64,000 nt of DNA from a virus. The notes beneath the pieces are model-generated. The model saw only the letters and a list, made by a program, of their open reading frames with translations, was not told where the DNA came from and made no database searches. Of the stretch, positions 28,451 through 38,604 are shown piece after piece. Each line of letters opens with the position of its first letter. Within the stretch, counting starts at the first letter, position 1. The DNA lies in IMG/VR virus record IMGVR_UViG_3300047095_000666, positions 33,886-97,885 of that record. One strand, written 5' to 3'. The translations under genes were made by a program, and so were the position numbers.

Positions 28451-29809
28451 ATGCTGAAAGTCAGACCACGCGACATCCAGAGTGACTTCAACGAGAAGGC
28501 GCTCGTGACCAGTCACGAAGCCATCGACAACGACTCTCGCTTCACGCAGAACGGCGTGTTCTCCGAGAAGATCTTCGGTTCCCTCTCCAACGGGATCGAC
28601 TACGCCTGCGACTGCGGGAAGTACCAAGGCGCGTTCAACCTCGGCTACAAGTGCGAGTGCTGCGGCTCGAAGGTGGTGTTCAAGGGTCTGCAGCTGGCCA
28701 AGGAGGGCTGGATCGACCTCCGCCACACCATCATCCATCCTGTGTTTTACCGCTATCTGAAGAAGATCATCGGCGGCACGACGCTTCAGGAGATCCTCAA
28801 CTACCGGGTCAAGATCCACGTCAACGGCACCCCGATCGAGCCTCCGATGGAAGCTCCGTTCAAGGGAATCGGCATGGTCCGGTTCATCGAGAACATGGAC
28901 GACGTCGTGGACTTCTTCATCAATCGCAAGAAGGACACGGCAAAGTCGAAGAAGAAGGACTGGCAGTTCTTCCTCGCCAACGCCGACATTGCTTTCATCG
29001 ACAAGTTCCCGATCATCAACAGCCGTCTGCGCCCCGGCAGCGTGATCAACGGCGAGTTCCAGTTCGACGAGATCAACAACCTGTACAACGCGCTGATCCG
29101 CAACTCGAACACTCTGGAGAGCATGACGGAGATCGAGGCCACGGACGCCAACAACCTGCCTCTGATCTACAAGAACCAGATGCTGGCAAACGAGGTCTTC
29201 GACACCATCCTCGAAACACTATCCAACAAGGAAGGCTTCATCCGGAACAGCCTGATCGGCTCCCGCCTGAACCTCTCTGCGCGGAACGTGATCACGCCGC
29301 TCTCCGGCAAGTACAGCATGGACGACTGCGTCATGCCCTACAAGACGGCGATCGAGCTGATGAAACCGCTGATCATCCGCAAGCTCTGCAAGATCAAGCG
29401 GATCACGGTCCATCAGGCGCTCAAGGTCTGGTTCGACGCCACGCTGAAGTACAACAAGCTCGTCCACACGATCATGCGGGACATCGCCAAGAACGAGAAC
29501 GTCAAGGTGCTCCTGAACCGCAACCCGACGATCAACGTCGGATCGATCCTCCTCCTGAACATCGCCGATGTGAAGGAAGACGTCACGGACGTAACGTTCT
29601 CCATCTCCAACTTGGTGCTGCCTTGCCTCGCAGCTGACTACGACGGCGACGTTCTCAACATCGTCCTTATCGTCTCGAAGCGGTTCGTGGACATGTTCGA
29701 GCCCTTCCAGCCCAGCAATCTCGTCATCGATTGCGACAGCGGGGAGTTCAACTCTTCCTTCACGCCGTTCAAGGACATCCAAGTCGGCATTCAGTCTCTG
29801 CTGAACTGA
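28451..29809 (+). CDS. Phage multisubunit RNA polymerase beta-prime N-terminal/catalytic subunit (putative non-virion RNAP)
   Basis: GVFSEKIFG, Zn ribbon CDCGKY...CECCG, RLRP, SARNVITP, LLNRNPT, catalytic AADYDGD. Confidence 0.93.
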   Translation: MLKVRPRDIQSDFNEKALVTSHEAIDNDSRFTQNGVFSEKIFGSLSNGIDYACDCGKYQGAFNLGYKCECCGSKVVFKGLQLAKEGWIDLRHTIIHPVFYRYLKKIIGGTTLQEILNYRVKIHVNGTPIEPPMEAPFKGIGMVRFIENMDDVVDFFINRKKDTAKSKKKDWQFFLANADIAFIDKFPIINSRLRPGSVINGEFQFDEINNLYNALIRNSNTLESMTEIEATDANNLPLIYKNQMLANEVFDTILETLSNKEGFIRNSLIGSRLNLSARNVITPLSGKYSMDDCVMPYKTAIELMKPLIIRKLCKIKRITVHQALKVWFDATLKYNKLVHTIMRDIAKNENVKVLLNRNPTINVGSILLLNIADVKEDVTDVTFSISNLVLPCLAADYDGDVLNIVLIVSKRFVDMFEPFQPSNLVIDCDSGEFNSSFTPFKDIQVGIQSLLN

Positions 29810-29819
29810 GACGCAAAGA

Positions 29820-29856
29820 CCGCTATGGGAATTGATCCCATAGCGGCTTTTTTTTT
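29820..29856 (+). terminator. Intrinsic terminator
   Basis: CCGCTATGGGA-ATTGA-TCCCATAGCGG then a long T-run. Confidence 0.8.
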
Positions 29857-30464
29857 CACTTCCCGATGAAGTTTCTGAGCGATCCACGGAACTCGTACTT
29901 CAAGAATCGGTTGCGCTTGTAGTCGTCGGGAGAGGGGATGAACCCTCTCTTGAAGAGATTTACGTTTGCGAAACTGAAGATCTCGGAGACGAACGTACTG
30001 CAGATGTACTCTTTTTCAGAGTCCTCGTCGTTCGAGAAGACTTTCGTGTTGAAGAGACGGTTCATCGTCACTCGCAAGAGCGTGAGCTTCGAGTAAACGA
30101 AAGAGCTCTTGTGCTCGAAGATGTACCTGATCCGAGCAAGGATACGGTCCTTGGCCTCTTTGGTTACTGCGATCGAGTACATGATGAACTTCGCCGCCTT
30201 GTCGAAAAGCTCCGGGGTCTCCTTGACGATCGTGTTGCTCTTCATGTCGAAGGAGAACATCTCCTTCAGGTCCCGGTCGAATCCGATCGAGACGTGGTTG
30301 TAGTTCTGTCCTGTGATCACCGACGCCACGCTGGAAAACGCCGTCTTAGTGTCCGTGATGATGACGTAGATCTTCTCGGTGGCCTCGGCGACGAGAGCCT
30401 CCTCCAGATAGATCGCTTCTTCCGTCAAGTACGTCAACAGCTCGTTTGTTGCTGTAACTGGCAT
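29856..30464 (-). CDS. Permuted papain-like (NlpC/P60, YaeF/YiiX-type) protein
   Basis: His before Cys: YNHVSIGFD ... YICSTFVS ... PSPDD. Confidence 0.78.
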   Translation of the reverse strand: MPVTATNELLTYLTEEAIYLEEALVAEATEKIYVIITDTKTAFSSVASVITGQNYNHVSIGFDRDLKEMFSFDMKSNTIVKETPELFDKAAKFIMYSIAVTKEAKDRILARIRYIFEHKSSFVYSKLTLLRVTMNRLFNTKVFSNDEDSEKEYICSTFVSEIFSFANVNLFKRGFIPSPDDYKRNRFLKYEFRGSLRNFIGK

Positions 30465-30484
30465 GATTACCTCTGATTCTTATC

Positions 30485-30497
30485 CTATTAAAAAGTT
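30485..30497 (-). promoter_or_regulatory. Late-type promoter motif AACT-TTTTAA-TAG
   Basis: About 20 nt upstream of ATG 30464. Confidence 0.55.
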
Positions 30498-30505
30498 ACC
30501 CGAAC

Positions 30506-30517
30506 AACAACGAAATA
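30506..30517 (+). promoter_or_regulatory. Late-type promoter motif AACA-ACGAAA-TA
   Basis: Back-to-back with the minus-strand motif; about 24 nt before ATG 30542. Confidence 0.55.
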
Positions 30518-30541
30518 ACCATATCTCAAAGGGAAATTCCG

Positions 30542-31849
30542 ATGGCAAAGCTGAGAGCGACCGTGTACCCCACGGTCGGATCCGGGATACTCCTTGGCAG
30601 CATCACCGGCATCATGAAAAACCACATCCTTTCGAAGCTCCCGAAGGGATACATTAAGTACACGTACATCAAGAACTCCATCTCCTCCGTCACAGAGCAG
30701 GCGAACAACGAGGAAGACAATCTGGTGAAAGAGAAGCCCGCGCTGTCTCTCGGTCTCAACTACTCCTACAACGATGCAGTGTCCTACGGCGACACCTTCC
30801 GTTGGGGGATGAGCAAGATCCCGGTGAACGCATACCAGCACGACCGAATCTACACCAAGATCATGATGTGCGAGCAAGACAACATCTACCTGTCGACGAT
30901 CGACGAACGGGTCAAGCTGATCTACGACGTCGGGGTACGCCTCGACTCCGAAAGCCAAGCGTACAACCTGATGCAGTACATGAGAAGCTACATCGGCGTC
31001 GGACGCCCGTACTACGTGTCTGACGCAGACATCGAGGTTCCTCTCCCTTTCGAGTGTCTCGACCTCATCGCAGCCGCAAAGGGGTTCGACCGGAGCACGA
31101 AGCAGGGAATGCAGGAGTTCCATGCGTACTTGCACAAGTGGTCTGGAGGTAGGATCACCTACAAGCGAAACCTCTCCAGCGGAAACTTCAACTATTTCAT
31201 GAAGTACCGCTGTAACGTGATGTGCAAGATCCCTGATCCGCCTTCGATCGAGAAGACGACCGAAGGCAAGTCCGTCATCGACGCGATCGTCCGTTACACG
31301 GTCGAAGCGGAGTTCCCCACCTTCACCAACTTCATCACGGAGTACGAAGAATTGGACTTGACACTTCCTTCCGTGCCTCAAGGACTCCAGCCTGGAGACC
31401 GTGGAGACTCTGCAATCTACAACTTCACCTCGAAGATGTACTTCACCAGAATGAACGAGGATAAGACGCTAGCGGTGACCTTCGAGTTCATCAGCGACGT
31501 CAACACTCCTGTCGACGAGACTCCTTTCACGGACGCTCTATCCGATTCAATGTCGTTCTTCATCGAACACCAGAAGCAGTTCCTGAAAGATGACCCGGAA
31601 GCGGTTAGCAGGCATGTGAAGATCATCATCGCCAAGGACAACGACCTTCTCGCCGAGGGAACTGACTACGAAGTGGACTGGGAGACATACTGCGTGAAGC
31701 TGGAGCACCCTTGGTACAACTATACGTATAAGCTCGGCATCTACGTCGATCTCGTGAAGTACAACGAGGTCATAGAACTCCACAACTCTCTCACCTTGAA
31801 CCAGAATGCTGCGGTAAAACGCATTGCCGAGATCAAGGAAGACGTTTAA
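30542..31849 (+). CDS. Putative virion structural protein (435 aa)
   Basis: Long ORF under a late motif; no diagnostic motif recognised. Confidence 0.7.
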   Translation: MAKLRATVYPTVGSGILLGSITGIMKNHILSKLPKGYIKYTYIKNSISSVTEQANNEEDNLVKEKPALSLGLNYSYNDAVSYGDTFRWGMSKIPVNAYQHDRIYTKIMMCEQDNIYLSTIDERVKLIYDVGVRLDSESQAYNLMQYMRSYIGVGRPYYVSDADIEVPLPFECLDLIAAAKGFDRSTKQGMQEFHAYLHKWSGGRITYKRNLSSGNFNYFMKYRCNVMCKIPDPPSIEKTTEGKSVIDAIVRYTVEAEFPTFTNFITEYEELDLTLPSVPQGLQPGDRGDSAIYNFTSKMYFTRMNEDKTLAVTFEFISDVNTPVDETPFTDALSDSMSFFIEHQKQFLKDDPEAVSRHVKIIIAKDNDLLAEGTDYEVDWETYCVKLEHPWYNYTYKLGIYVDLVKYNEVIELHNSLTLNQNAAVKRIAEIKEDV

Positions 31850-31859
31850 CAGCAAAGCT

Positions 31860-31872
31860 AACAATGTTTTAG
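31860..31872 (+). promoter_or_regulatory. Late-type promoter motif AACA-ATGTTT-TAG
   Basis: Near-identical context to 14710 (TAACAATG.TTTAGTTAG). Confidence 0.7.
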
Positions 31873-31905
31873 TTAGTTTTTCCTATCTTTCTCTAAGGAA
31901 ATGCC

Positions 31906-33603
31906 ATGCCTCTTGCAACCAATTTCCGCCGCGACTTGGCGGGCAAGGTCTACTCACTGAGCCAGTACGCTGCCCTTCAGCCCGTGGCCGACAAGAATTA
32001 CGATGTCGCAAAGATGAACGAACGGTTCATCAAGCTGAACAACGCCGTCCGTGTCTGCTTCGACGCGATCGCCGACATCGCATCTCGCGACAGCTCTTTC
32101 CTGCCGTCGTTCTTCCAAGGCTTCGTGAACCCGGTGTACGTCAAGTCCCAAGCGTACACCGACAAGTCCATGTACAAGCTGATCAACGGCTTCAACACGA
32201 ACGGCACTCCTGTCACATTCCCGGAAGAACGGATCGTCTACTCCTATCCGGACGTTGGCGATATCACCACCGAGGACTACGAGTATCTGCTGTTCAAGAA
32301 CGGCGAACTAATGGACTCTACCCTGTACGCTGTCGACAACAGCGCATTCGGTATGAAAGCCTACGTCAAGTCGTCTGCCGTGGCAAACAACGACGTTATT
32401 ACTCTGGCAGTTCATCGTGTCTTCAACCGAAGCTACCAGATGTGGAAGTACGTGTTCTCCGCTGCAGCAAACGGTCTGGACACGATCATCGACGTCAGCG
32501 CCAACTTCCCTAGCTTCTACGATGTTCGTTACCTGAAGCTGGCAGTTCGCAAGTCTACTGATGCAGATTACGATCTGATCGACCCGTCCAAGTACAGCAT
32601 CGTCTATGACTCCGCCAACCAAAAAGCAAGAGTCGTAGTGAACAGCGCCGTCGCCTTTGCCAAGTTCGACACGCTCATCATCTATGATTGTACTTCTTTC
32701 TGGAAGACAACGATCACCGGGACGAATTCTTCCGGCGGGGACGCCCCGATTCCGAAGGTTCCTCTCACTCAGACAATTGCCAGCACTGGCGAGAACGTTC
32801 CCGTCGGAGTGCTGCTTTACCGAGACCTCGATATCTGGCTCAACGGTCGTCATTTGATTCCCGGTAAGCATTTCGTGATCTCGCCGGGATACCAAGAGAA
32901 CAGTAACCGCTGGTCGATTGACTTCTTGATCTCGGTCCCGAATGGAACGACATACCGCCTCGACATCATCAAGAACGTACCTTTCTCTGACACCGAGACC
33001 GTCTACGTTGTGAAAGATGCTCTTGACTCTAAAGGTATTGAATACGTCTCGGACAGCAAGTATCCTGTCTTGCCCGGACTTGGCGAGATGTATATCAACG
33101 GTCGGTTCATCGACCCGATGAACATTACCGCCGCGCACAAGCAAGTTCTAGTCGTGAATAACGTCAAGGAGACGAAGGACTTCTTCTTCAAGATGTCTCC
33201 TCCTGTCACAGTAATCACCAGCGGGATGCTCTCTGAGCACATGAACCGTGTCACTGAATTCGACCAAACGGTCGAGGCTCTTGGTGGCGTGGGCGAACTC
33301 ATTGCCAGACTGAAGATCGGGCGCAGTGACCTCTCGGTTACTGACAAACCGAACGTCCTATCGACCGTTGGTGGTACTGCGATTGATCCGATGTCGGTAG
33401 CAGTTGAGGATGTTGTCAAGTACGTTCAGAAGGTGATCGCAGATGCGTTTACTGCAGGTACGGCGATCTATAATTTGGACGCCTACAATACTGCGATGAT
33501 CGACACGAATGCAATGTGGGATATCTCCATCCTGACCTCCGATCCGCTGCTTGATGCTAACGTCTACATCCCAAGCCAAGTTGTTCTTGACGCAAACACC
33601 TGA
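31906..33603 (+). CDS. Putative virion structural protein with repeated beta-rich modules (565 aa)
   Basis: Recurrent LFKNG / IWLNG / MYING strands. Confidence 0.72.
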   Translation: MPLATNFRRDLAGKVYSLSQYAALQPVADKNYDVAKMNERFIKLNNAVRVCFDAIADIASRDSSFLPSFFQGFVNPVYVKSQAYTDKSMYKLINGFNTNGTPVTFPEERIVYSYPDVGDITTEDYEYLLFKNGELMDSTLYAVDNSAFGMKAYVKSSAVANNDVITLAVHRVFNRSYQMWKYVFSAAANGLDTIIDVSANFPSFYDVRYLKLAVRKSTDADYDLIDPSKYSIVYDSANQKARVVVNSAVAFAKFDTLIIYDCTSFWKTTITGTNSSGGDAPIPKVPLTQTIASTGENVPVGVLLYRDLDIWLNGRHLIPGKHFVISPGYQENSNRWSIDFLISVPNGTTYRLDIIKNVPFSDTETVYVVKDALDSKGIEYVSDSKYPVLPGLGEMYINGRFIDPMNITAAHKQVLVVNNVKETKDFFFKMSPPVTVITSGMLSEHMNRVTEFDQTVEALGGVGELIARLKIGRSDLSVTDKPNVLSTVGGTAIDPMSVAVEDVVKYVQKVIADAFTAGTAIYNLDAYNTAMIDTNAMWDISILTSDPLLDANVYIPSQVVLDANT

Positions 33604-33615
33604 TAGGCGAGATCA

Positions 33616-34569
33616 ATGAAGAAATCGATTAGAGACACCTACGTCTACAAGGTATTGGACCTTGAGACGACCATCAAGAACTGTGGTGTGGTGAACTCCG
33701 ATCTCCAGAAGTACGCCCTGAAACCCGACGTCGTGGAGGCGATCCTGAACGAATTCAAGTTCAAGATCAGCTTCCCGGCCAAGGTCCGGGTGATCGAGGA
33801 GATCAAAGCAGGGCGCATCACCTTCGTCGATACCGAGCTGGTGAGCGCCCTTCCGACTTGGATGGTGAGCACGGACGGCATGTCGGTCAAGACTGCGGTC
33901 GTCAACCTCTTCGGCAAGATGAAGATCAAGGAAGACGGCACAGCGCAGTTCAACTCCAGAGAGATCTTCGCTCTGGCCGTGATCGCGCTGACCGTTCGAG
34001 ACTTCTACCAGAACGAGAAGAAGGTCACGTACAACCTAAACGTGACCAAGCTCGCGGTCAAGATCTACGAACGGATGATGTATCGGGTGCTCGACACCCT
34101 GTACTCTCTGGACGTCGGTCCCGAGTGGCTCCGGGCTTCGGTGCGGATGAACCTTCGCATGTTCTGCGCTGCGTACGTGATGGAGAAGCACTTCAACTCC
34201 GGCACGGACTACGACAACGTGTACAACTACATCCTTCAGGACATCCCGAGGTCCAAGGAGATCTTGACGAGAGCCAGCAACGACTCCGGCATGTCTATGG
34301 AGTGCTTCCAGAGTCTGCCAGCGTTCATCGAGTTCCTGACCAAGATGCACCCGATCCTGAAGGACCTCGACATCACCACGTTCCTCCGCAAGTACATCAT
34401 GATGTACGGCGAGCGGGCGCTGCTGATGATCGAGAACTACCACTACTTCTTGGCGTACATCTTCTCGGTGACCCTCAGCGGGAACATCATCAAGGACTTC
34501 GCGCTAGAGACTTCGGTGGGCAAGGAAGGCATTCAGCTGTACAACACTTACTTCGACCTGATGAAGTAA
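33616..34569 (+). CDS. Hypothetical protein (317 aa)
   Basis: Long ORF with typical codon bias. Confidence 0.78.
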   Translation: MKKSIRDTYVYKVLDLETTIKNCGVVNSDLQKYALKPDVVEAILNEFKFKISFPAKVRVIEEIKAGRITFVDTELVSALPTWMVSTDGMSVKTAVVNLFGKMKIKEDGTAQFNSREIFALAVIALTVRDFYQNEKKVTYNLNVTKLAVKIYERMMYRVLDTLYSLDVGPEWLRASVRMNLRMFCAAYVMEKHFNSGTDYDNVYNYILQDIPRSKEILTRASNDSGMSMECFQSLPAFIEFLTKMHPILKDLDITTFLRKYIMMYGERALLMIENYHYFLAYIFSVTLSGNIIKDFALETSVGKEGIQLYNTYFDLMK

Positions 34570-34578
34570 GCGAGAGAT

Positions 34579-34617
34579 ACCGATAGGGGACGATCCCCTA
34601 TCGGTCTTCTTTTTTCT
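34579..34617 (+). terminator. Intrinsic terminator
   Basis: ACCGATAGGGGA-CGA-TCCCCTATCGGT then a T-rich tail. Confidence 0.78.
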
Positions 34618-34644
34618 TCCATGACGCATCCCGGTTCGGCATCC

Positions 34645-34657
34645 AACAGCGCCTTAG
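34645..34657 (+). promoter_or_regulatory. Late-type promoter motif AACA-GCGCCT-TAG
   Basis: Heads the PAAR operon. Confidence 0.65.
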
Positions 34658-34678
34658 AATTACTATTGGAGTTTCCCT

Positions 34679-35113
34679 ATGTTCCAGCGAATTGGCGAGG
34701 CGATCGACGCCTTCCGCTTCAAACGCAAGATTAAGGCCGGGGGATCCCTGACCCCTCTGGAGGCCCTTAAAGTCGCCAGTAGCCCACGCCTTGCATCCGA
34801 AATCGAGTCGCTAGGGGTACCAGTCGTGGTCCACTTCCCGCCCAACGTGCTAGTCAGGGGGCTGGAGAACTTGGCGTTCGAGGGCTCGGTCCGAATCCAC
34901 TCGACAAGAAACATGATGATCTCGTCTGCATCGAGGCTCCACATCAACCCGAAGCGCGTGAAGCGCCTCCAGTCGATGTCGGCCAGAGAAATCGATGCCT
35001 ACGACACAGCCGTTCTCGAAGAGCAGAGAGCTAGAGAGACCGTGGTCCTCGGCAGCGACTCCGGCATCGGCGCGGTTCCCTGCAAGCAAGGAGACTGCGG
35101 ATGCCCGCAGTAG
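34679..35113 (+). CDS. Hypothetical protein
   Basis: 144 aa, GGAG RBS, overlaps the PAAR gene. Confidence 0.65.
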   Translation: MFQRIGEAIDAFRFKRKIKAGGSLTPLEALKVASSPRLASEIESLGVPVVVHFPPNVLVRGLENLAFEGSVRIHSTRNMMISSASRLHINPKRVKRLQSMSAREIDAYDTAVLEEQRARETVVLGSDSGIGAVPCKQGDCGCPQ

Positions 35114-35385
35114 TTAGGCTCGGAGACACCTGTACGGGGCACGGGTGCTTCGGTTCGAGAGCCAACGACCAAGGTTCCGGTGACACTTTCGTCAACGGAA
35201 TCCCAGCCCACAGACAAGACGACCACTGGATTACCCACTGCTGTGGGCCTCCGTGCCACGACTCGACACTGGCTTCCGGCTCCCCTGACACCTACGTCAA
35301 CGGGAAGCAGCTCGGAAGAGTAGGAGACCCGATCGCCTGCGGCAGCGCATGCGCCGTTGGCTCGGGCGACACATTCTGTAACTGA
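35101..35385 (+). CDS. PAAR-domain spike tip protein
   Basis: MPAVVRLGDTCTGH, FVNGIPAHRQDD, VNGKQLGRVGDPIACGS. Confidence 0.93.
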   Translation: MPAVVRLGDTCTGHGCFGSRANDQGSGDTFVNGIPAHRQDDHWITHCCGPPCHDSTLASGSPDTYVNGKQLGRVGDPIACGSACAVGSGDTFCN

Positions 35386-35397
35386 AAGAGAAAAACC

Positions 35398-36018
35398 ATG
35401 ATGCAAGAAAACAAAGAACACATCGCACGGATCGCCAAGGTCTGCCACGAAGTCAACCGCGCCTTCTGTCTCGCTTACGGTGACACCTCCCAGCCAGCTT
35501 GGGCGGATGCCCCGGACTGGCAGAAGGAAAGCGCCATGAGCGGCGTCAAGTTCCACATCGCCAACCCGGAGGCAACCCCGGAGAACAGTCACGAGTGCTG
35601 GATGGAGCAGAAGCTGCGCGAAGGCTGGGCGTACGGCGAAGTCAAGGACCCGGAGAACAAGCGCCATCCGTGTCTTGTTCCCTACGAGAATCTGCCTCCC
35701 GAGCAGAAGGCCAAGGATTATCTCTTCCGTGCGGTGATCCACGCCATGCACACCACGACCGTCCTGATGGGGTCCGAGAACCACACCGGCTGGAAGCTGG
35801 AGGAAATCCTCGACCAGCTCGCGCAGGAAGTCGCCGCCAAGACCCTGAAGCTCAAGAACGACCAGAGCAACCTTGCTCGGTTCGTTGCAGGCAACAACGC
35901 CGTCATCGTCACGCACCTTGAGAACGCCGCAGCACTGCAACGTTCGTCTTACCAAGCACTCGATGCCCACAAGCCGAATCAGGGTCCTGCCGGGGAGCCG
36001 CGCATCGGAGGTGTCTGA
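35398..36018 (+). CDS. RyR-domain protein with C-terminal helical extension
   Basis: ENSHECWMEQKLREGWAYGEVKDPENKRHPCLVPYENLPPEQKAKD matches the RyR repeat consensus. Confidence 0.85.
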   Translation: MMQENKEHIARIAKVCHEVNRAFCLAYGDTSQPAWADAPDWQKESAMSGVKFHIANPEATPENSHECWMEQKLREGWAYGEVKDPENKRHPCLVPYENLPPEQKAKDYLFRAVIHAMHTTTVLMGSENHTGWKLEEILDQLAQEVAAKTLKLKNDQSNLARFVAGNNAVIVTHLENAAALQRSSYQALDAHKPNQGPAGEPRIGGV

Positions 36019-36170
36019 TGACCGCGCTGCGAGCTTTTCTTGCTTGCTTCGGTCTCGACCTGCCTCTGCTGATTGCAGCCGTGAAGGATTTCATCTCGAA
36101 ACCTCCTCCTTGGACTCAGTTTCAACTTGAGCTCTCCTTCCTGTCGCAGCACCGCCGCAAGAGGAAGTAA
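36018..36170 (+). CDS. Small protein (50 aa), not in the ORF track
   Basis: TGATG coupling, GGAGG RBS; MTALRAFLACFGLDLPLLIAAV...HRRKRK; ends at the terminator. Confidence 0.5.
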   Translation: MTALRAFLACFGLDLPLLIAAVKDFISKPPPWTQFQLELSFLSQHRRKRK

Positions 36171-36212
36171 AAAAAAAACCCCCTACGGCCTTTCGGTCGT
36201 AGGGGGTTCTTT
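36169..36212. terminator. Bidirectional terminator
   Basis: A-tract, AACCCCCTACG/CGTAGGGGGTT stem. Confidence 0.75.
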
Positions 36213-36213
36213 A

Positions 36214-38235
36214 TCAGACGATGATGTCCTCGATCTGGTCCAGCTGGTCCGACTCAAGCGTGATGCCCATGCCAGCGAAGAAGGAGCGGATCACCTGTGC
36301 TGCGTTGGTGATCATCTTCTCGCTCTTGCCGTCGCCCGCAACGCTGTCAATCCGGTCAGGATCGACGCGAAGCAGCTTCTGGAGCAGATTGCGCCGCTCG
36401 ATGTTGTGCGAGGAGTAGTGACGGAGGAAGTTGATCACACCACTCGCGCCGCCTTCTTGGTTCGCCAGCAGCAGCATGTTGAACAGCTCCTGCTCGCCGA
36501 AGCGGATGGGGCTGTTGTTGTGCGGAGCGGTTCCCTTCTTGTACATCTCGTTCGACTTGAACGGGACGTTGAGCAGGCTCACCTGACCGGCGGACCGGGC
36601 GGAGAACTTACCGATCGCCTCGTGGCGGAGCTTGATGAAGTAGAGCGACCCGAACACGAGCGGCTGCTCGATCCCGTCGAACTTCAGCTTCTCCACGCCG
36701 AAGTGGTTGTACAGCTCGATCATCTTCTCGGGGTTTGCGTTCTCGAAGAATGGAGGCTGATGGATCAGCAGACCATTCTCCCGGACGTCGGCGACGTATG
36801 CTGCGATGGCCTTGGCGTCGGTGCCGAGTCTCTCTTTCAGGAACTCGCCTTGGCCGGTGCCGATGATCTGGTAGAATTCCAGAATGTCGGACCAGAGACT
36901 GGCGACTCCCTTCTTGTCGTCCGGGTACTTCTTAACGATCTCGTCGGCGATGAAGTTCAGCTCGTGCTCGTACAGCTGCGAGATGTTGCAGCGACCGACG
37001 ACGCCGAGACTGTTCAGCACCACGTCAGGGATTTCCCCGGTGTCGGAAACGCGGGGCATCTCCTCATCGGGAAGGATCTTGGAGATGACGCCTTTGTTGC
37101 CTACCCGCCCGGTGATCTTGGAGCCGACCTTGAGGGGGACGGTTTCGCGGATCTTGAAGCGGATGATCGTGCCTTCGAACTCCGACTTGTCGTAGCTGAA
37201 TTTCTTGCCAGACAGGTAGTCGGTCGCCTTCTGGTACAGGAACCCGCAGTCGTCGCGGAGAGCGTACCCTTCAGCCTTGAAGCTCTCGATCGTCTCCTTG
37301 ATATCTTTGTACAGGTCCCGGCGAGAATCCAGCAGCGTCTTGATCGGCGCGTTGTACTCTTGCTTCAGCTCGTCTTCCGACAGGTTGGAGAAGATCTCGA
37401 TCGACTCGACCACGCCGTCAAAGTAGAACAGCGTGTCGTTGTTGACGTCCATCTGGCGGTCGTTCTCCTTGAAGTCCGTGAGGACCGTGGAGTAGTTGAT
37501 CCGGCGACGGGAACAGAGCACGCCGTTCTCGATCTCTTCGCCGACGTTCGGGAATGGCTTGTAGTTCGTCTTGTCGCCGTACAGGTTGACCAGAACGTCG
37601 TTGTTGTTTAGGGACACGATGGCCTCGTGGACCGCAGTGTGCCCGAGCTTCTTGGAACCCGTCTCGCTGATGATGATGCCGTCCTCGAAGGTCAGACCAT
37701 CCTTTGCTAGGAAGATCGTCTTCAGGTTGACGCCGTACTTCAGGTTCAGGTGCTCGTCGTACATGTTGTTGTGCGAGATGAGCGTCCCGGCCTCGACTTC
37801 GTCGCCCGGCTCGGTCTCCGGCATGACGAAGTTGTTGGCATAACCGTACGACTCGGTAAGACGAGTGGACGACGTGTGGCACACCACGTCCACAGTCTGA
37901 TCGTCGTACGCGAAGAACAGGTAGCGTTCGTTCTCGCCGAGCGCAATCTCGGCGATAAATGTGGCTTTCTCCTTGAGGGATACGTAACCCATCCCCTGAG
38001 AGTATTTGCCGATCTGGTTCTCGAAGCGAGTGAAGACTCGCGGCACTTCCCCACGGTCCAGCGTCAGAAACTGAGCGAGGTGGGAGATGAACATGTTGAG
38101 TCGACCGCCGTCGCACTTGTTGACGTTGGGCGTCAGCAGGTCTTCCCCGAGGAAGTAGTGCTTCGCCCTGCCGTCTTCGCGGACGTACTGGTCAGACTGA
38201 GTATCCGACTTTTTGACTGCTTTTTTCTTCGCCAT
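36214..38235 (-). CDS. Phage RNA polymerase beta subunit, C-terminal half (putative non-virion RNAP)
   Basis: RLNM, YGVNL, FEDGIIISE, VGSKITGRVGNKGVIS, PDVVLNSLGVVGRCN, YFIKLRH, ARS, RFGEQE. Confidence 0.94.
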   Translation of the reverse strand: MAKKKAVKKSDTQSDQYVREDGRAKHYFLGEDLLTPNVNKCDGGRLNMFISHLAQFLTLDRGEVPRVFTRFENQIGKYSQGMGYVSLKEKATFIAEIALGENERYLFFAYDDQTVDVVCHTSSTRLTESYGYANNFVMPETEPGDEVEAGTLISHNNMYDEHLNLKYGVNLKTIFLAKDGLTFEDGIIISETGSKKLGHTAVHEAIVSLNNNDVLVNLYGDKTNYKPFPNVGEEIENGVLCSRRRINYSTVLTDFKENDRQMDVNNDTLFYFDGVVESIEIFSNLSEDELKQEYNAPIKTLLDSRRDLYKDIKETIESFKAEGYALRDDCGFLYQKATDYLSGKKFSYDKSEFEGTIIRFKIRETVPLKVGSKITGRVGNKGVISKILPDEEMPRVSDTGEIPDVVLNSLGVVGRCNISQLYEHELNFIADEIVKKYPDDKKGVASLWSDILEFYQIIGTGQGEFLKERLGTDAKAIAAYVADVRENGLLIHQPPFFENANPEKMIELYNHFGVEKLKFDGIEQPLVFGSLYFIKLRHEAIGKFSARSAGQVSLLNVPFKSNEMYKKGTAPHNNSPIRFGEQELFNMLLLANQEGGASGVINFLRHYSSHNIERRNLLQKLLRVDPDRIDSVAGDGKSEKMITNAAQVIRSFFAGMGITLESDQLDQIEDIIV

Positions 38236-38542
38236 CCATATCTCCTATGCGGACGTGGTGTTTCTTGACAGGTGGTGCCGACTTGTTGACACGAATGATC
38301 GTGAAGGTCGGAGTGAATTCGCAAGGGATGTCGCCAGCTCTCAGGCCGTTCCCTTTTCTCCATGTTACCCGCTTCTTCTTGTGGTCGGCAGGAGTGCAGC
38401 CGACGACGTTGTGGACGAAACAGGGATTGGTGATGTACGACGTCTCAGTCTCCCGCAAAACCGGGATGACGTAGATCTCTAGGTTATCTGATGCCCGCCC
38501 GTCAGGGAACATTTCCCTGACTTCTAAGTACTTCTTGTTCAT
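38192..38542 (-). CDS. Hypothetical protein
   Basis: 116 aa between an early motif and the RNAP beta gene. Confidence 0.6.
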   Translation of the reverse strand: MNKKYLEVREMFPDGRASDNLEIYVIPVLRETETSYITNPCFVHNVVGCTPADHKKKRVTWRKGNGLRAGDIPCEFTPTFTIIRVNKSAPPVKKHHVRIGDMDGEEKSSQKVGYSV

Positions 38543-38594
38543 TTTCTTATCGGACGCCTATGCGAGAGGATCATGGACCCGTAGGCCCATGATC

Positions 38595-38603
38595 ATCATA
38601 TAT
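38595..38603 (-). promoter_or_regulatory. Early-type promoter motif (G)ATATATGAT
   Basis: Immediately after the recombinase stop; heads the RNAP beta unit. Confidence 0.6.
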
Positions 38604-38604
38604 C

